A stretch of DNA of 64,000 nucleotides from the NCBI GenBank assembly GCA_002269645.1, contig NIVC01001022.1, positions 434,001-498,000 of the forward strand. Direction: 5' to 3'. Origin of the DNA: Macrostomum lignano. Lineage: Eukaryota. Positions 1 to 11,930 of this stretch are shown one piece after another. The notes below the pieces were generated by a model, which did not search any database, was not told where the DNA came from, and worked only from the letters and a program-made list of their open reading frames with translations. Both the position numbers and the translations under genes were made by a program. Every line of letters begins with the position of its first letter. The first letter of the stretch is position 1.

Positions 1-105
1 CATCTCCTGATTCTCATCTCCTGATTCTCATCTCCGGATTCTCATCTCTGATTCTCATCTCCTGATTTCCATCTCTGATTCTCATCTCTAATTCTCATAT
101 AATTC
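1..105. repeat. Minisatellite, ~14-bp unit (CATCTCCTGATTCT), intronic
   Basis: Tandem copies visible at the window start. Confidence 0.85.
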
Positions 106-273
106 TCATTTAACGACTGTAATTAAATATAGTTGCGCATCCGTCACCACGTATAATTATCTAGGTCAAGTCCCCTGTAATAACCCATTACTTACTACCT
201 GTAATTGTCACTCATTACCTGGCTGAGTTGTACAACATCAACTACCCAATAACTGCTCCCCCCCATCTCGCAG

Positions 274-3200
274 CTGAGCTGCATCTGCCAAGAGGAGGGC
301 CTGAGCACCCTAGACGAGCTTCTGCCGGCCTTGAACTTTTTCCACGACCTCGGCCTGATAGTGTACTGCGGCAACAGGGCGGCCACTGAGCCAAGTGTGC
401 TCACCAACACGGTCATTCTGAGTCCTCGCTGGCTTTTAGACTTGTTCAGCTGCGTGATTGCCGCTAAACCTGTGGAAGAGAATGTGAGCCGTGTGAAGCA
501 TATCTGTTACACTATAAATTAGTTTGCGATGTTTACATAGGTGTTTATCTAAACCCTAATCCCAATAAACTGTCCAGGTGACTCCAAAGATTTCTGAGGC
601 TTATCAGAGGCTGATTGGAAGTGCAATTCTCAACGAGTGCCTGCTGGACCGGTACTGGGCCAGGCACTCGCACCAGAAGCCCCTGCTGATCGGCCTGATG
701 GAGAAGTTCGACTTGCTGGCTCTCAGGGTTGAGAACTCTGCTGACTCGGTGAGTGCGCTGAGGTGGAGAGATGAGTAGGGGTGAGAGGGAGAGTGTAGGG
801 GTGAGAGGGAGAGCTTAGGGGTGAGAGGGAGAGCTTAGGGGTGAGAGGGAGAGCTTAGGGGTGAGAGGGAGAGTAGCGTGAGAGGGAGAGTGTAGCTCGT
901 AGGGGTGAAAGGGAGAGTAGGAGTGAGACGGAGAATAGGGGTGAGAGGGAGAGTAGGGATGAGAGGGAGAGTAGGAGTAAGAGGGAGAGTAGGAGTGAGA
1001 GGGAGAGTAGGAGTGAGAGGGAGAGTAGGAGTGAGAGGGAGAGTAGGAGTGAGAGGGAGAATAGGGGTGAGAGGGAGAGTAGGGATGAGAGGGAGAGTAG
1101 GAGTGAGAGGGAGAGTAGGAGTGAGAGGGAGAGTAGGAGTGAGAGGGAGAGTAGGAGTGAGACGGAGAATAGGGGTGAGAGGGAGAGTAGGGATGAGAGG
1201 GAGAGTAGGAGTGAGAGGGAGAGTAGGAGTGAGAGGGAGAGTAGGAGTGAGAGGGAGAATAGGGGTGAGAGGGAGAGTAGGAGTGAGAGGGAGAGTAGGA
1301 GTGAGAGGGAGAGTAGGAGTGAGAGGGAGAGTAGGAGTGAGAGGGAGAGTAGGAGTGAGAGGGAGAGTAGGAGTGAGAGGGAGAATAGGGGTGAGAGGGA
1401 GAATAGGGGTGAGAGGGAGAGTAGGAGTGAGAGGGAGAATAGGGGTGAGAGGGAGAATAGGGGTGAGAGGGAGAGTAGGGATGAGAGGGAGAATAGGGGT
1501 GAGAGGGAGAGTAGGAGTGAGAGGGAGAGTAGGAGTGAGAGGGAGAATAGGGGTGAGAGGGAGAGTAGGAGTGAGAGGGAGAGTAGGAGTGAGAGGGAGA
1601 ATAGGGGTGAGAGGGAGAGTAGGAGTGAGAGGGAGAGTAGGAGTGAGAGGGAGAGTAGGAGTGAGAGGGAGAATAGGGGTGAGAGGGAGAGTAGGGATGA
1701 GAGGGAGAGTAGGAGTGAGACGGAGAGTAGGAGTGAGACGGAGAGTGTATTGGGTGAGAGGGAGAGTGTATTGGGCGAGAGGGAGAGTGTATTGGGCGAG
1801 AGGGAGAGTGTAGGGGGCGAGAGGGAGAGTGTAGGGGGCGAGAGGGAGAGTGTAGGGGGCGAGAGGGAGAGTGTAGGGGGCGAGAGGGAGAGTGTAGGGG
1901 CGAGAGGGAGAGTGTAGGGGCGAGAGGGAGAGTGTAGGGGGCGAGAGGGAGAGTGTAGGGGGCGAGAGGGAGAGTGTAGGGGGCGAGAGGGAGAGTGTAG
2001 GGGGCGAGAGGGAGAGTGTAGGGGGCGAGAGGGAGAGTAAGGATGAGAGGGAGAGTAGGGATGAGAGGGAGATTAGGGATGAGAGGGAGAGTAGGGATGA
2101 GAGGGAGATTAGGGATGAGAGGGAGAGTAGGGATGAGAGGGAGAGTAGGGATGAGAGGGAGATTAGGGATGAGAGGGAGAGTAGGGATGAGAGGGAGATT
2201 AGGGATGAGAGGGAGAGTAGGGATGAGAGGGAGAGTAGGGATGAGAGGGAGAGTAGGGTTGAGAAGGAGAGTTGAAGTAAATAACTGTCCTTACCCTTAG
2301 GATAAAAAAGCAGAGAGTAATCTGAACGGAGACAAAATGAAATTCCGAAACTTGAGAAACCCTAACTAAAAAAATGAAATCTACTCAAGAAACATTTACA
2401 GCATTCTGATACTACGCTCGTAATAAGCCCAATATAAAAAAAACAATTTTCCATTGCACTCGAATTTCAAGGCTATGCGAGGCACAACCGAGAGATCGTT
2501 CTATGTGCCCTCCCTGCTGCGGCATCGGAGCACTCTGAACTCGCCCAACTGCTCAAGTTCCGTGGTGTTCTACATGCGGTTTCACCACTTCCTGCCCGGT
2601 ATGCTCAAAATTCACTGCTTTTATGCCTCACGGGCGGGTTAGTGCTTTGATTTGACGGTCTTCAACCTCTCTCTCGTTTCTTGTCTTCTTTGCGATGGCA
2701 GTCTGCTTTTTGTGTTCCCGGGTTTAACTCTCTCCCCTTTCCAACTCTACAATAGCTACCTCTCGTTCTCTCCCACTCTACCATAGCTAGCTCTCTCTCC
2801 CTCTCCCACCCTACCCTAGCTACCTCTCGTTCTCTCCCACTCTACCCTAGCTAGCTCTCTCTCCCTCTCCCACCCTACCCTAGCTACATCTTTTTCTCTC
2901 CCACTCTACCCTAGCCATCTATCCTTCTCTCCTACTCTACCCTAGCTACCTATCCTTCTCTCCCACTCTACCCTAGCTACCTATCCTTCTCTCCCACTCT
3001 ATCCTAGCTGCCTATCCTTCTCTCCCACTCTATCCTAGCTACCTATCCTTCTCTCCCACTCTATCCTAGCTACCTATCCTTCTCTCCCACTCTACCCTAG
3101 CTAGCTCTCTCTCTCCCTCTCGCACTCTACTTTAGCTACCTTTCTCCCTCTCTTACCCTACCCTAGCTACCACTCGCTCCCTCTTCCACCCTACCCTAGC

Positions 3201-6200
3201 TACCACTCTCTCCCTCTTCCACCCTACCCTAGCTACCACTCTCTCCCTCTTCCACTCTACCCTAGCTACCTATCCTTCTCTCCCACTCTACCCTAGCTAC
3301 CTCGCTCCCCCTCTCCCACTCTACCCCACCTTTTAATCTTTCTCATCTACTTCAATCCTTCCTACTCTACCTGTAGCAAATTCTTTCAGCTTCATGATCA
3401 AAAAATGCGTCATACAAGCCCACAATTTCTTTTGAATAGTGGATTTGCAGCTCACCAAAGAGCAGCCAGCATATTCGATATTTCAGACTTTTCCTGGCTT
3501 CACTGAGGTAGACGCGAAGATATGTTCGATTTTAATTAATCAATTCCAGCTTTTGTCACGCATCTACTCTCAATTTCCTATTCAATCTGCGAGTCAATGT
3601 CGCAATTCTGTCCATAAAATTTAATCAAAAAGGCTTTTATGCGGAGAAATCAATCCTTTTGAGTTTTCTTCGAACACCAGCTTCACTGGGAATTTTTTTT
3701 ACTGAGGCCTTGAAAAAATCGATGAGAGAGTTGACAAAGGTGTCCGGGAACGAGAACTGAAATGCTGCTGTCTCATCACGTCACCATGGGTTCTGATTGG
3801 AAAAATTGAGTTATTATATAGTGAAGCAGCGATGTTAAGTCTCTACTTCCTGCATCTCCCTCTCTTCAGCTCCCTCTCTTCATCTGCCTCTCTTCAGCTC
3901 CCTCTCTTCATCTGCCTCTCTTCATCTGCCCTCTCTTCATCTCCCTCTCTTCATCTCCCTCTCTTCATCTCCCTCTCTTCATCTCCCTCTCTTCAGCTAC
4001 CTCTCTTCATCTGCCCTCTCTTCATCTCCCTCTCTTCATCTGCCCTCTCTTCATCTCCCTCTCTTCATCTCCCTCTCTTCAGCCACCTCTCTTCATCTGC
4101 CCTCTCTTAATCTCCCTCTCTTCATCTCCCTCTCTTCATCTGCCCTCTCTTCATCTCCCTCTCTTCATCTGCCCTCTCTTAATCTCCCTCTCTTCATCTC
4201 CCTCTCTTCATCTGCCCTCTCTTCATCTCCCTCTCTTCATCTCCCTCTCTTCATCTCCCTCTCTTCATCTCCCTCTCTTCATCTCCCTCTCTTCATCTCC
4301 CTCTCTTCAGCTACCTCTCTTCATCTGCCCTCTCTTCATCTCCCTCTCTTCATCTGCCCTCTCTTCATCTCCCTCTCTTCATCTCCCTCTCTTCATCTCC
4401 CTCTCTTCATCTCCCTCTCTTCATCTGCCCTCTCTTCATCTCCCTCTCTTCATCTCCCTCTCTTCATCTCCCTCTCTTCAGCTACCTCTCTTCATCTCCC
4501 TCTCTTCAGCTACCTCTCTTTATCTCCCTCTCTTCATCTCCCTCTCTTCATCTGCCCTCTCTTCAGCTACCTCTCTTCAGCTACCTCTCTTCATATCCCT
4601 CTCTTCATCTCCCTCTCTTCAGCTGCCTTTCTTCATCTGCCCTCTCTTCATCTCCCTCTCTTCATCTCCCTCTCTTCAGCTACCTCTCTTCATCTCCCTC
4701 TCTTTATCTCCCTCTCTTCAGCTGCCTCTCTTCATCTGCCCTCTCTTCATCTGCCCTCTCTTAATCTGCCCTCTCTTAATCTCCCTCTCTTCAGCTACCT
4801 CTCTTCATCTCCCTCTCTTCATCTCCCTCTATTCATCTCCCTCTCTTCATCTGCCCTCTCTTCAGCTACCTCTCTTCAGCTACCTCTCTTCATCTCCCTC
4901 TCTTCATCTCCCTCTCTTCAGCTGCCTCTCTTCATCTGCCCTCTCTTCATCTCCCTCTCTTCATCTCCCTCTCTTCAGCTACCTCTCTTCATCTCCCTCT
5001 CTTAATCTCCCTCTCTTCAGCTACCTCTCTTCATCTCCCTCTCTTCATCTCCCTCTCTTCATCTCCCTCTCTTCATCTGCCCTCTCTTCATCTCCCTCTC
5101 TTCATCTGCCCTCTCTTCATCTCCCTCTATTCATCTGCCCTCTCTTCATCTTCCTCTCTTCATTTCTCTCTCTTCATCTCTCTCTCTTCATCTCCCTCTC
5201 TTTAATATTCTAAATCTAATTAAGCAACCCGACCCCGCAATCTGCAGACGGACTGTTCCAGCGTCTCATCTGCCGCTTCATCCGCTGGTCGCAGGAGCTG
5301 GGCGGCCGCAACCCAGTTCTGTTTTCCAACGCGGCTTGGTTCTTCCTCGATCAGGAGCACGACTGCTCATTTGAGCTGTCCGCCTACCGGCTGGCGTGGA
5401 TCAAGGTGAGGGCTGTCTGATATGATAATGCAATAAGGATGCTTGAATCACAGCGTGTACTAACCGCAGTTAACTCAGCTTAACTTTCAAGTGTTACCTG
5501 TAACTCGACTAATTTTGATGTCTTGATTCTCAAGCATGTCTTTAACAAGCGTGTACTTATTTTTTATGTTAGATGTCTTTCCTAATAATTGTCACAGTTC
5601 CACACTTCACTCCCTAGCTAATTAGCCCAATCCCTATGATTATGTCGTAGTCAAGCACACCCTCATGATTAGTACGTCCGGGCCTCAGCGCTCTTACGCA
5701 GCTGGCAATTTAATTAGAGTGACATGATTAGAGTGTTAAAATGTAGGAAAAAATGTTGGACTTTTATAAAAGCGCGCTGGTCTGCCAACTCCCGATGCTT
5801 TGCCTCCTCTCTGGCCGTCTCGCCCTTCACGATAGGCCTGCGCACTCCTCACAGCCAAGCCAACTCATGTGCAATCGATTTTTCTTCTTCCTTTATGCTC
5901 AAAGGTGCTCAAACTTACCTTCGCCTGCTGTCCCCCCTTCCCCTCTGTCTGTCTGTCTCACTCGCTTCATCTTCCTAGCTCAGCATCTGTGTCCCCCAGT
6001 CTTATACCTTGTCTTAACATCCTGTCCGCGTGTCTCCTTCCTGTCTCTCTGCTTCCCTACCATATCGCATCCTGGATAGATGGGATTGTATGCCATGGCC
6101 AAGCTCACTTCAGAGCAGCCCCCTCCGTCCAACTCTGCTTAGTTCGCACTTCCCCAAAAAAGTTTTTCTTAGTAAAATATTTGCATTAGCCCAGGCGTAC

Positions 6201-8048
6201 TCATGATGCAGCAGTGCTTTGCTCTTGGCTCTCTTCTATTTTTCTAGATTCAGGCAAAGATTGTCGAGTTCGTTGATGCTTATACAAGTGTTTTTCCAAG
6301 CTAACTTTCTAAAGTTTCAATCTACATACACAGACATTTCAGTGTGGTAGCTAAAGTTCTACAATATTGAAAGCTCTGATTTCTGGTGAACTCAGCCTCA
6401 CTAACTCTTTCTCTCAATAGCTAAGTCGGCCTCTTACAAGATAACATTTATTACTTGAATACACATGTCATTAGCAAGAATGGCGTTTTGTTTTTCATCA
6501 ACAGGTGTCAGTCTACCGCGTGACGAGTTCCGACTTGATCTCCGAACATCCGCCTACCTCCTGCCTGTCCTCTGAGCCGCCGGATGTGGCCGTCGTTGCC
6601 AAGGTGAGTTTAATTGCTGTAGTTAATCAATTAAGCCTGTATTTAAAAGTACACATACTTTGGCATTGCAGCTTCGCAAGTTCCTGGAGTCCACGCTGGA
6701 AGAGATTCGACAGATCTGGCTGAAACGCGTCACCTTCAGCCTGAGCGTCGCTTGCCCCTGCGGCGTCGCCTGCAAGCGACACAGTCAGGAGGCCTGCCAG
6801 CAGCAGGAGTGCCTGCACTTCCTCAGCCTGGACGAGTGCCTCAGCTCTAAGCTGGTCTGCTGCGGCCACAGGCGACTGAAAACCGCCCGCTGGCGTCGGT
6901 GGTTCCCCAACCCGCAGCAGAGTGGCGGACGCGGTGGTCGCCATCCGCCGCCGCTCATCCCCTACCACGTGCTGTCCGCGGACATCTGGAACATCGAGGT
7001 GCAGAAAGGCCACTGCCTGCCGCAGTGGATGAAGTCCGCCGCCAAACTGTTGAACGGCGCACCACCCGGTCAGGACTGGCAGGCGTTAGCGGAGCGGCTG
7101 GGCTACTCATCCGGCGATTTGCACCGGTTCAACGAGGACTTGAACCCGGCCCTGATCCTGCTGGCCGACTGGGTGATCTCGGCCGGCAACAGCGACTCCG
7201 CGGTGGACATGGCCAAGGCCTGCCTGGTGGAGCTCGGCCGCTGCGACATCGCTGACGCCATCGACGCCGAACGGGAAGACGAAGGCCGCCTGGACGCCCA
7301 GGTGTTCATCAGCTACCAGTGGGACAGTCAGGAGTCTGTGCGGCTACTCCGCGACCTGCTGGAGCGTCAGGGCTTCGCTTGCTGGATGGACGTCGGCCAG
7401 CTCGGCGGCGGCGACCTGCTGAACGCTCGAATCGACAAGGCGCTGAGGGGCTGCCGCTGCGTCCTGGCCTGCGTGACGCCGAAGTTCGCATGCTCGCAGG
7501 CCTGCGTGCGCGAGCTGTGCCTGGCGGACTTGCTGCGCAAGCCCATCATCCCTGTGATGCTGGAGCGGACAGTGTGGCCGCCGCCTGGCTCTCTGAGTCT
7601 CGTGCTGTCGCCCTACGTCTACATCGACATGAACGGCGTCGGAGGCCACGGCGGCTCCGGCCGGCAGGCGGACACGCAGGCGCGCTACTTCGAGATCCTC
7701 GCCCAGGTCGGGAAGTACGCGGAGCCTCGACTCGTGTCGGCCAGCCAGCACTCAATCTCGACAAAGAACTCGCTGGATCATCTGACGCCGACGCGAGGCG
7801 GCGGTCAGCACGACCTGACGCCGGGTTCCGCCGCTGCCGCCGCCGCCGCCGCCGCAGCCGCCGTAGCTGCCGCTGCAGCCGCTGCAGCCGCTGCTGGACG
7901 CGACAACGTGAGCTACACCTCGGATTTGAGCTCAGCCGGGAATCGAACTCCGACCCCTGGCGGCGCCGGTGGCGGCGGTGGCGCCGGTGGAGCGCCGCGC
8001 TCTGGCGCCGTGTCAGTCAGAAAGTGTGCCGTCTGCAGCATTATTTGA
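274..8048 (+). CDS. ROCO-type protein, 3' part: COR domain - Death domain - TIR domain - CaaX. Exons 274-483, 578-748, 2472-2598, 5248-5405, 6505-6603, 6672-8048; 5' exons lie outside the window
   Basis: GT-AG junctions are phase-consistent across all six exons. COR-like motifs: [29 protein letters not shown] and [14 protein letters not shown]. Death-domain-like: [37 protein letters not shown]: [33 protein letters not shown]-terminus KCAVCSII*. Confidence 0.85.
775..2270 (+). repeat. Purine-rich ~18-bp minisatellite (GAGAGGGAGAGTAGGAGT variants) in intron
   Basis: Tandem array; source of the spurious (RGRVGV)n ORFs. Confidence 0.95.
2730..3350 (+). repeat. Pyrimidine-rich ~31-bp minisatellite (CTCTCCCACTCTACCCTAGCTACCTATCCTT) in intron
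   Basis: Tandem array. Confidence 0.9.
3845..5200 (+). repeat. Pyrimidine-rich 14-bp minisatellite (CATCTCCCTCTCTT) in intron
   Basis: Tandem array. Confidence 0.95.
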
Positions 8049-9262
8049 TGAAGTAATTTTTATTAAAGTTATCTAGCTAAAGATGCGGAGTGATGTGTTA
8101 GACAATACTACTTATATTTGCACTAAGCCAAGTAGCATGACGCGGCCTTAACTATCTATATTTGTTTAAATCAAATTTTCTCTAAATCATTTCGATTTAA
8201 CTCTTAGATGTTTTTAATGAAATTTTCAGAGCTGATATGAGGCATTAAAGTCACAATTTCTGCAACACTACTCTCTGTTCGTCTTCAGGCAATATTAGTT
8301 TGTCGTGAAATTTAGAGCTTTGCTGACAATTACATTTTTGTGTCTCCGTTTTCACCTGCAGCAGCTAAGAAACTTCCGTCCAATGGAAAGTTAAAATAAT
8401 ATTTTTTTAAACTGAGGCGAGCTCTGCATCTCATGCTATCGGATTTTCGATGTTCTTCAGCTTTACTTTTTCAGCGTTTTCATAATACCTTAGCAACCGA
8501 TACGATATTTAAATAATATTTTTTCTACTGCTGAAAAAAACTTATCTCCATGATAGTTCACCAAAAGAGTCATCTGTACTGAAAATCGTTCAACTTGCAT
8601 TTCGTTGTCCATCCCACTTCGAGGTTCCAAATTTTGCAATTCTATTTGAATATTATAACAAAACATTTCGTTCATCTATCTTCGTGTGTGCAATTTGCAT
8701 CATAGACTACTAGATATAAGTAATACGAGAGTAAATTCTAAAATCTTTCGCGGTCATCTGTCATAATCTCCGTCCAATGATAGTTGGGAATTATGCTTTT
8801 TCATCAGCTCACCTATTCCATAGTTGTTGTCGAGCAGTAAAACAAATCAGTCGCACATTTTCATCTGACGCTTCTTTTTGCATTACCGTTTTTTTATTGA
8901 GAATATTTTTTTCATTAATCAGCTTTCTTGACCGTATATTAAATGCAAACTTGAGTAGCAATTGTGTAGTGGCGGTTTGACCCCTGCAACCCGACATTTT
9001 CTCGACGTGAATTCTGTCCCAGGCACTAAACCTATTCACTATGATGATTTACTAAACAAGCTTAGCTCCCCATGTCTGTCAGCCTTTTTTGGAAAATATA
9101 AAACTGATATTAATTCATGAAGCTTTAGTCGGACAACCGCGTCTGTTAATAGCTCGTAAAAGCCGTCCAATAATGCAAGATGTTTACAGCATTTTTTGAC
9201 TTTTATCATTATCTAAGCATTTAGTATTTGCAACAAATGATATGGCCCCTGATTCTTGTGCA

Positions 9263-9430
9263 GGCGCCCCTTGGTGCTGGCGCCCCCTGGTGCTGGCGCC
9301 CCCTGGTGCTGACGCCCCCTGGTGCTGGCGCCCCCTGGTGCTGACGCCCCCTGGTGCTGGCGCCCCCTGGTGCTGGCGCCCCCTGGTGCTGGCGCCCCCT
9401 GGTGCTGGCGCCCCCTGGTGCTGGCGCCCC
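9263..9430. repeat. 16-bp GC-rich minisatellite (GGCGCCCCCTGGTGCT)
   Basis: About ten tandem copies. Confidence 0.9.
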
Positions 9431-9735
9431 TCAAATAAAAATGGGCACCTCAAATAAATATCACCAGTGAAGGAACAAGAAGTCGTTTAAAAGCAGAAAA
9501 AAGCAAATGTATTTCTTGGGATTGTTCCATCTAGGAGGCAGGTGTCAAAACTAAACTGATGCTTTTTGACTTTCATCTTCTTTCAAAGCCAGTTTCTCGG
9601 TTCTCAATTGATGAGCAACAATGCGCATTGAAAAATAGCAAAACCCCTCTCTTTCACAGGTTTGGGGGCTGGAGATTTTGGCAAAGTTTCTACAGGAAAA
9701 CAAAAATCGCTCGAGCAGAATTCGCAGGTGCATCA

Positions 9736-11190
9736 TCAGCCAATAGACTCGTAAGCCGGCACGCAGGGGAAATTTTCCACAAATGGCTCGGCAGCTGAGC
9801 TGTCAGTGACCGGAGTGGTGTTGGGCGTTGGCTCGGGCCAGCGGCAAATGCGCTCGGGTGTCCAATACTTCCTGCCGTAGTCCAGGAACAGCTCCACAGA
9901 TCCGCCGCGCGGCACCAGGATGTCCTTAACCGTCTGAATGTAGAACGACGTCTCACCTTTCTCGGCGACCAACTCGACGTTGACCTCGTCCGGGTTCGGA
10001 TGATGATTGATGAAGCGAGCGATGCCGCCCAGGCTGCTGCGCGAGTCGATGCAGAAGTTGTCGCAGCCCTCGAACACGTAGTAGTAGGGCGCGCTGCAGT
10101 CCGCGTACCGGCGGTAGATTCGCTGGCGATTGCGAAAGCAGCCAGTGAACGACATTATGATTGTGTTCTTCCTTACCGATGCAGTCAAGAAGACGCCTTT
10201 GCCGGCCTCTGGGACGGTTGACGTCTTCACTTGGATGTTGAACGAGGCCAGATGGCTACGACAGACCGGATGCGTGAAAGTGCAAATTCTGTTGCAGCCG
10301 CGCACTACGCACTCCATCTCGGCAACTGTCTGGCGCTTGCGCAGATCCATGTAGTCCGGGTCCATCAGCTGCGGACAGGGCAGAGGGAACAGGATGCGAT
10401 GCTGGGAGCACATCTCGAGCAGCTGCGGCAGGTGGAAGCTGGGGCACACGGGGAAATTAGGATCGTGCACAATGGACCGATAAGCCGGGAACACTGGCCA
10501 GTCCTCCGGCTCGATGAAGGACTCAGGCTCCTCTTCTTCTTCCGTTCCCGTGTCCATCGAACGCGACAGAGGTTTGCTTGGCTCGATATCGTACCAATAG
10601 TTCTCGCCATAGTCAACAAAGAGCTCGACCTCTCCGCCAGCCGGGACAACAATGTCCTTGCTGGTCACTATGCGATAGTGCAGCAGGTCCGGGTCGTATT
10701 GGAAGAATACGTTGACTTGCTCGGGATCCGGGTTGTGATTGACGTAGCGTCCAAGGCCGCAGATCGTGCTTCGACCGTCCATGGAGTTTTCGTTGTCAAC
10801 GCTGATCTTGTAGAAGCTGCGCGTGCCAGCCTCCTCGTAGGCCGCGTGCAGTTCATCGTTGGGCCGCAACACGCCAGTGTAGTCCATCAGGTGAGTGTCT
10901 GCCCGAACCGATTTGTAAATGAAGACGCCCAAGCCGGCTCCGGGGATGGTCGATTCTTTCAGGTCGACGTGAAAACCAGTGCGCGCGTGATGGTGACAGA
11001 CCGGGTGTAGGAACTTGCACATCTCTTCGCAGCCGCGAACAACACATGGCAGGCGGTGTATGTCTTGCTTCTGCTTGCGATCCACGTTCTTGTAATAAAG
11101 GTACTGCGGCCGCGGATGATCCAGGAGGCGGCTTTGGCCGCGAGCCTCGCGAATCAGCTGTTCGAGTGGAACACCCTCGGTGGCTTCCAT
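9736..11190 (-). CDS. Intronless 484-aa protein with two tandem SET domains, each preceded by a CVVRGC-x3-C-x4-PVC-x2-H motif (putative lysine methyltransferase)
   Basis: Two homologous units: STIPGAGLGVF..GRYVNHNPDP..ELFVDYGENYW and STVPEAGKGVF..ARFINHHPNP..ELFLDYGRKYW. These match SET motifs GxG, RxxNH and ELxxDY. Confidence 0.85.
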   Translation of the reverse strand: MEATEGVPLEQLIREARGQSRLLDHPRPQYLYYKNVDRKQKQDIHRLPCVVRGCEEMCKFLHPVCHHHARTGFHVDLKESTIPGAGLGVFIYKSVRADTHLMDYTGVLRPNDELHAAYEEAGTRSFYKISVDNENSMDGRSTICGLGRYVNHNPDPEQVNVFFQYDPDLLHYRIVTSKDIVVPAGGEVELFVDYGENYWYDIEPSKPLSRSMDTGTEEEEEPESFIEPEDWPVFPAYRSIVHDPNFPVCPSFHLPQLLEMCSQHRILFPLPCPQLMDPDYMDLRKRQTVAEMECVVRGCNRICTFTHPVCRSHLASFNIQVKTSTVPEAGKGVFLTASVRKNTIIMSFTGCFRNRQRIYRRYADCSAPYYYVFEGCDNFCIDSRSSLGGIARFINHHPNPDEVNVELVAEKGETSFYIQTVKDILVPRGGSVELFLDYGRKYWTPERICRWPEPTPNTTPVTDSSAAEPFVENFPCVPAYESIG

Positions 11191-11930
11191 TTTCAGGCTG
11201 AGTAGGAGTGTGTGTGCTGTCTCGATAATACCGCGATGCAGAATGCTTTGCTGAACGCTGCTTAACTTAAGCCTCGACCGCGACAGTTTGGTAAACCTTT
11301 TATCTATCTGACTGATTCGCTTGAAAGTCTCGTTAGTAACAAACTCTTTTTCAACTTTGCCTATCCAAAAGTTTGCCTTTTCTTTGCCATAGATAGTTTG
11401 CTCTTGAGGCGCAAGAAATCGCAGTCTTTTAACTGCACTTTAAGCCACATATCTATTTAGTGTAAACACGAGCGAAGTTTAACTGAGCAAAAATTACACC
11501 TGAATTAACGCATTTGTACAACACTATTCACTGTTTATCCATCGAAACATTTAATTATGTTAGCATTTGCATTCGTCATTCGTTTTGAACTTTGAAATTC
11601 TGTTTCATTCAGCCTCGCTAGCATCTTCGGCGTCGTCCACGTCTTGCAGCCGATGCGTTTGTCCTGAAAGTCTAGCCTGCATAAAAATATTCAAGCGACG
11701 AAGGCCACTAGCAAAGCTTCTGTTCCTAATGTTGTACACGAATGTCTAGAATTGAAGTAATATTTGCCAGTGACGCGATAATAGTGATCAATATATAACA
11801 AAGAATCAATATGCAGTTTCGCATTTTCTTGCCACTTACATCCGAGATTAAAAGCTTTGTGCTAATCGGGCTGGACATTGCGGCCGTTAGAAATTGCTGC
11901 ACATTGACTCTACAGCCCCGCATTTGCTTC

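Noticed and set aside
905-2300. ORFs encoding (RGRVGV)n and (MRGRVG)n
   Set aside because: Stop-free translations of an intronic 18-bp minisatellite, bracketed by phase-consistent exons of the ROCO gene.
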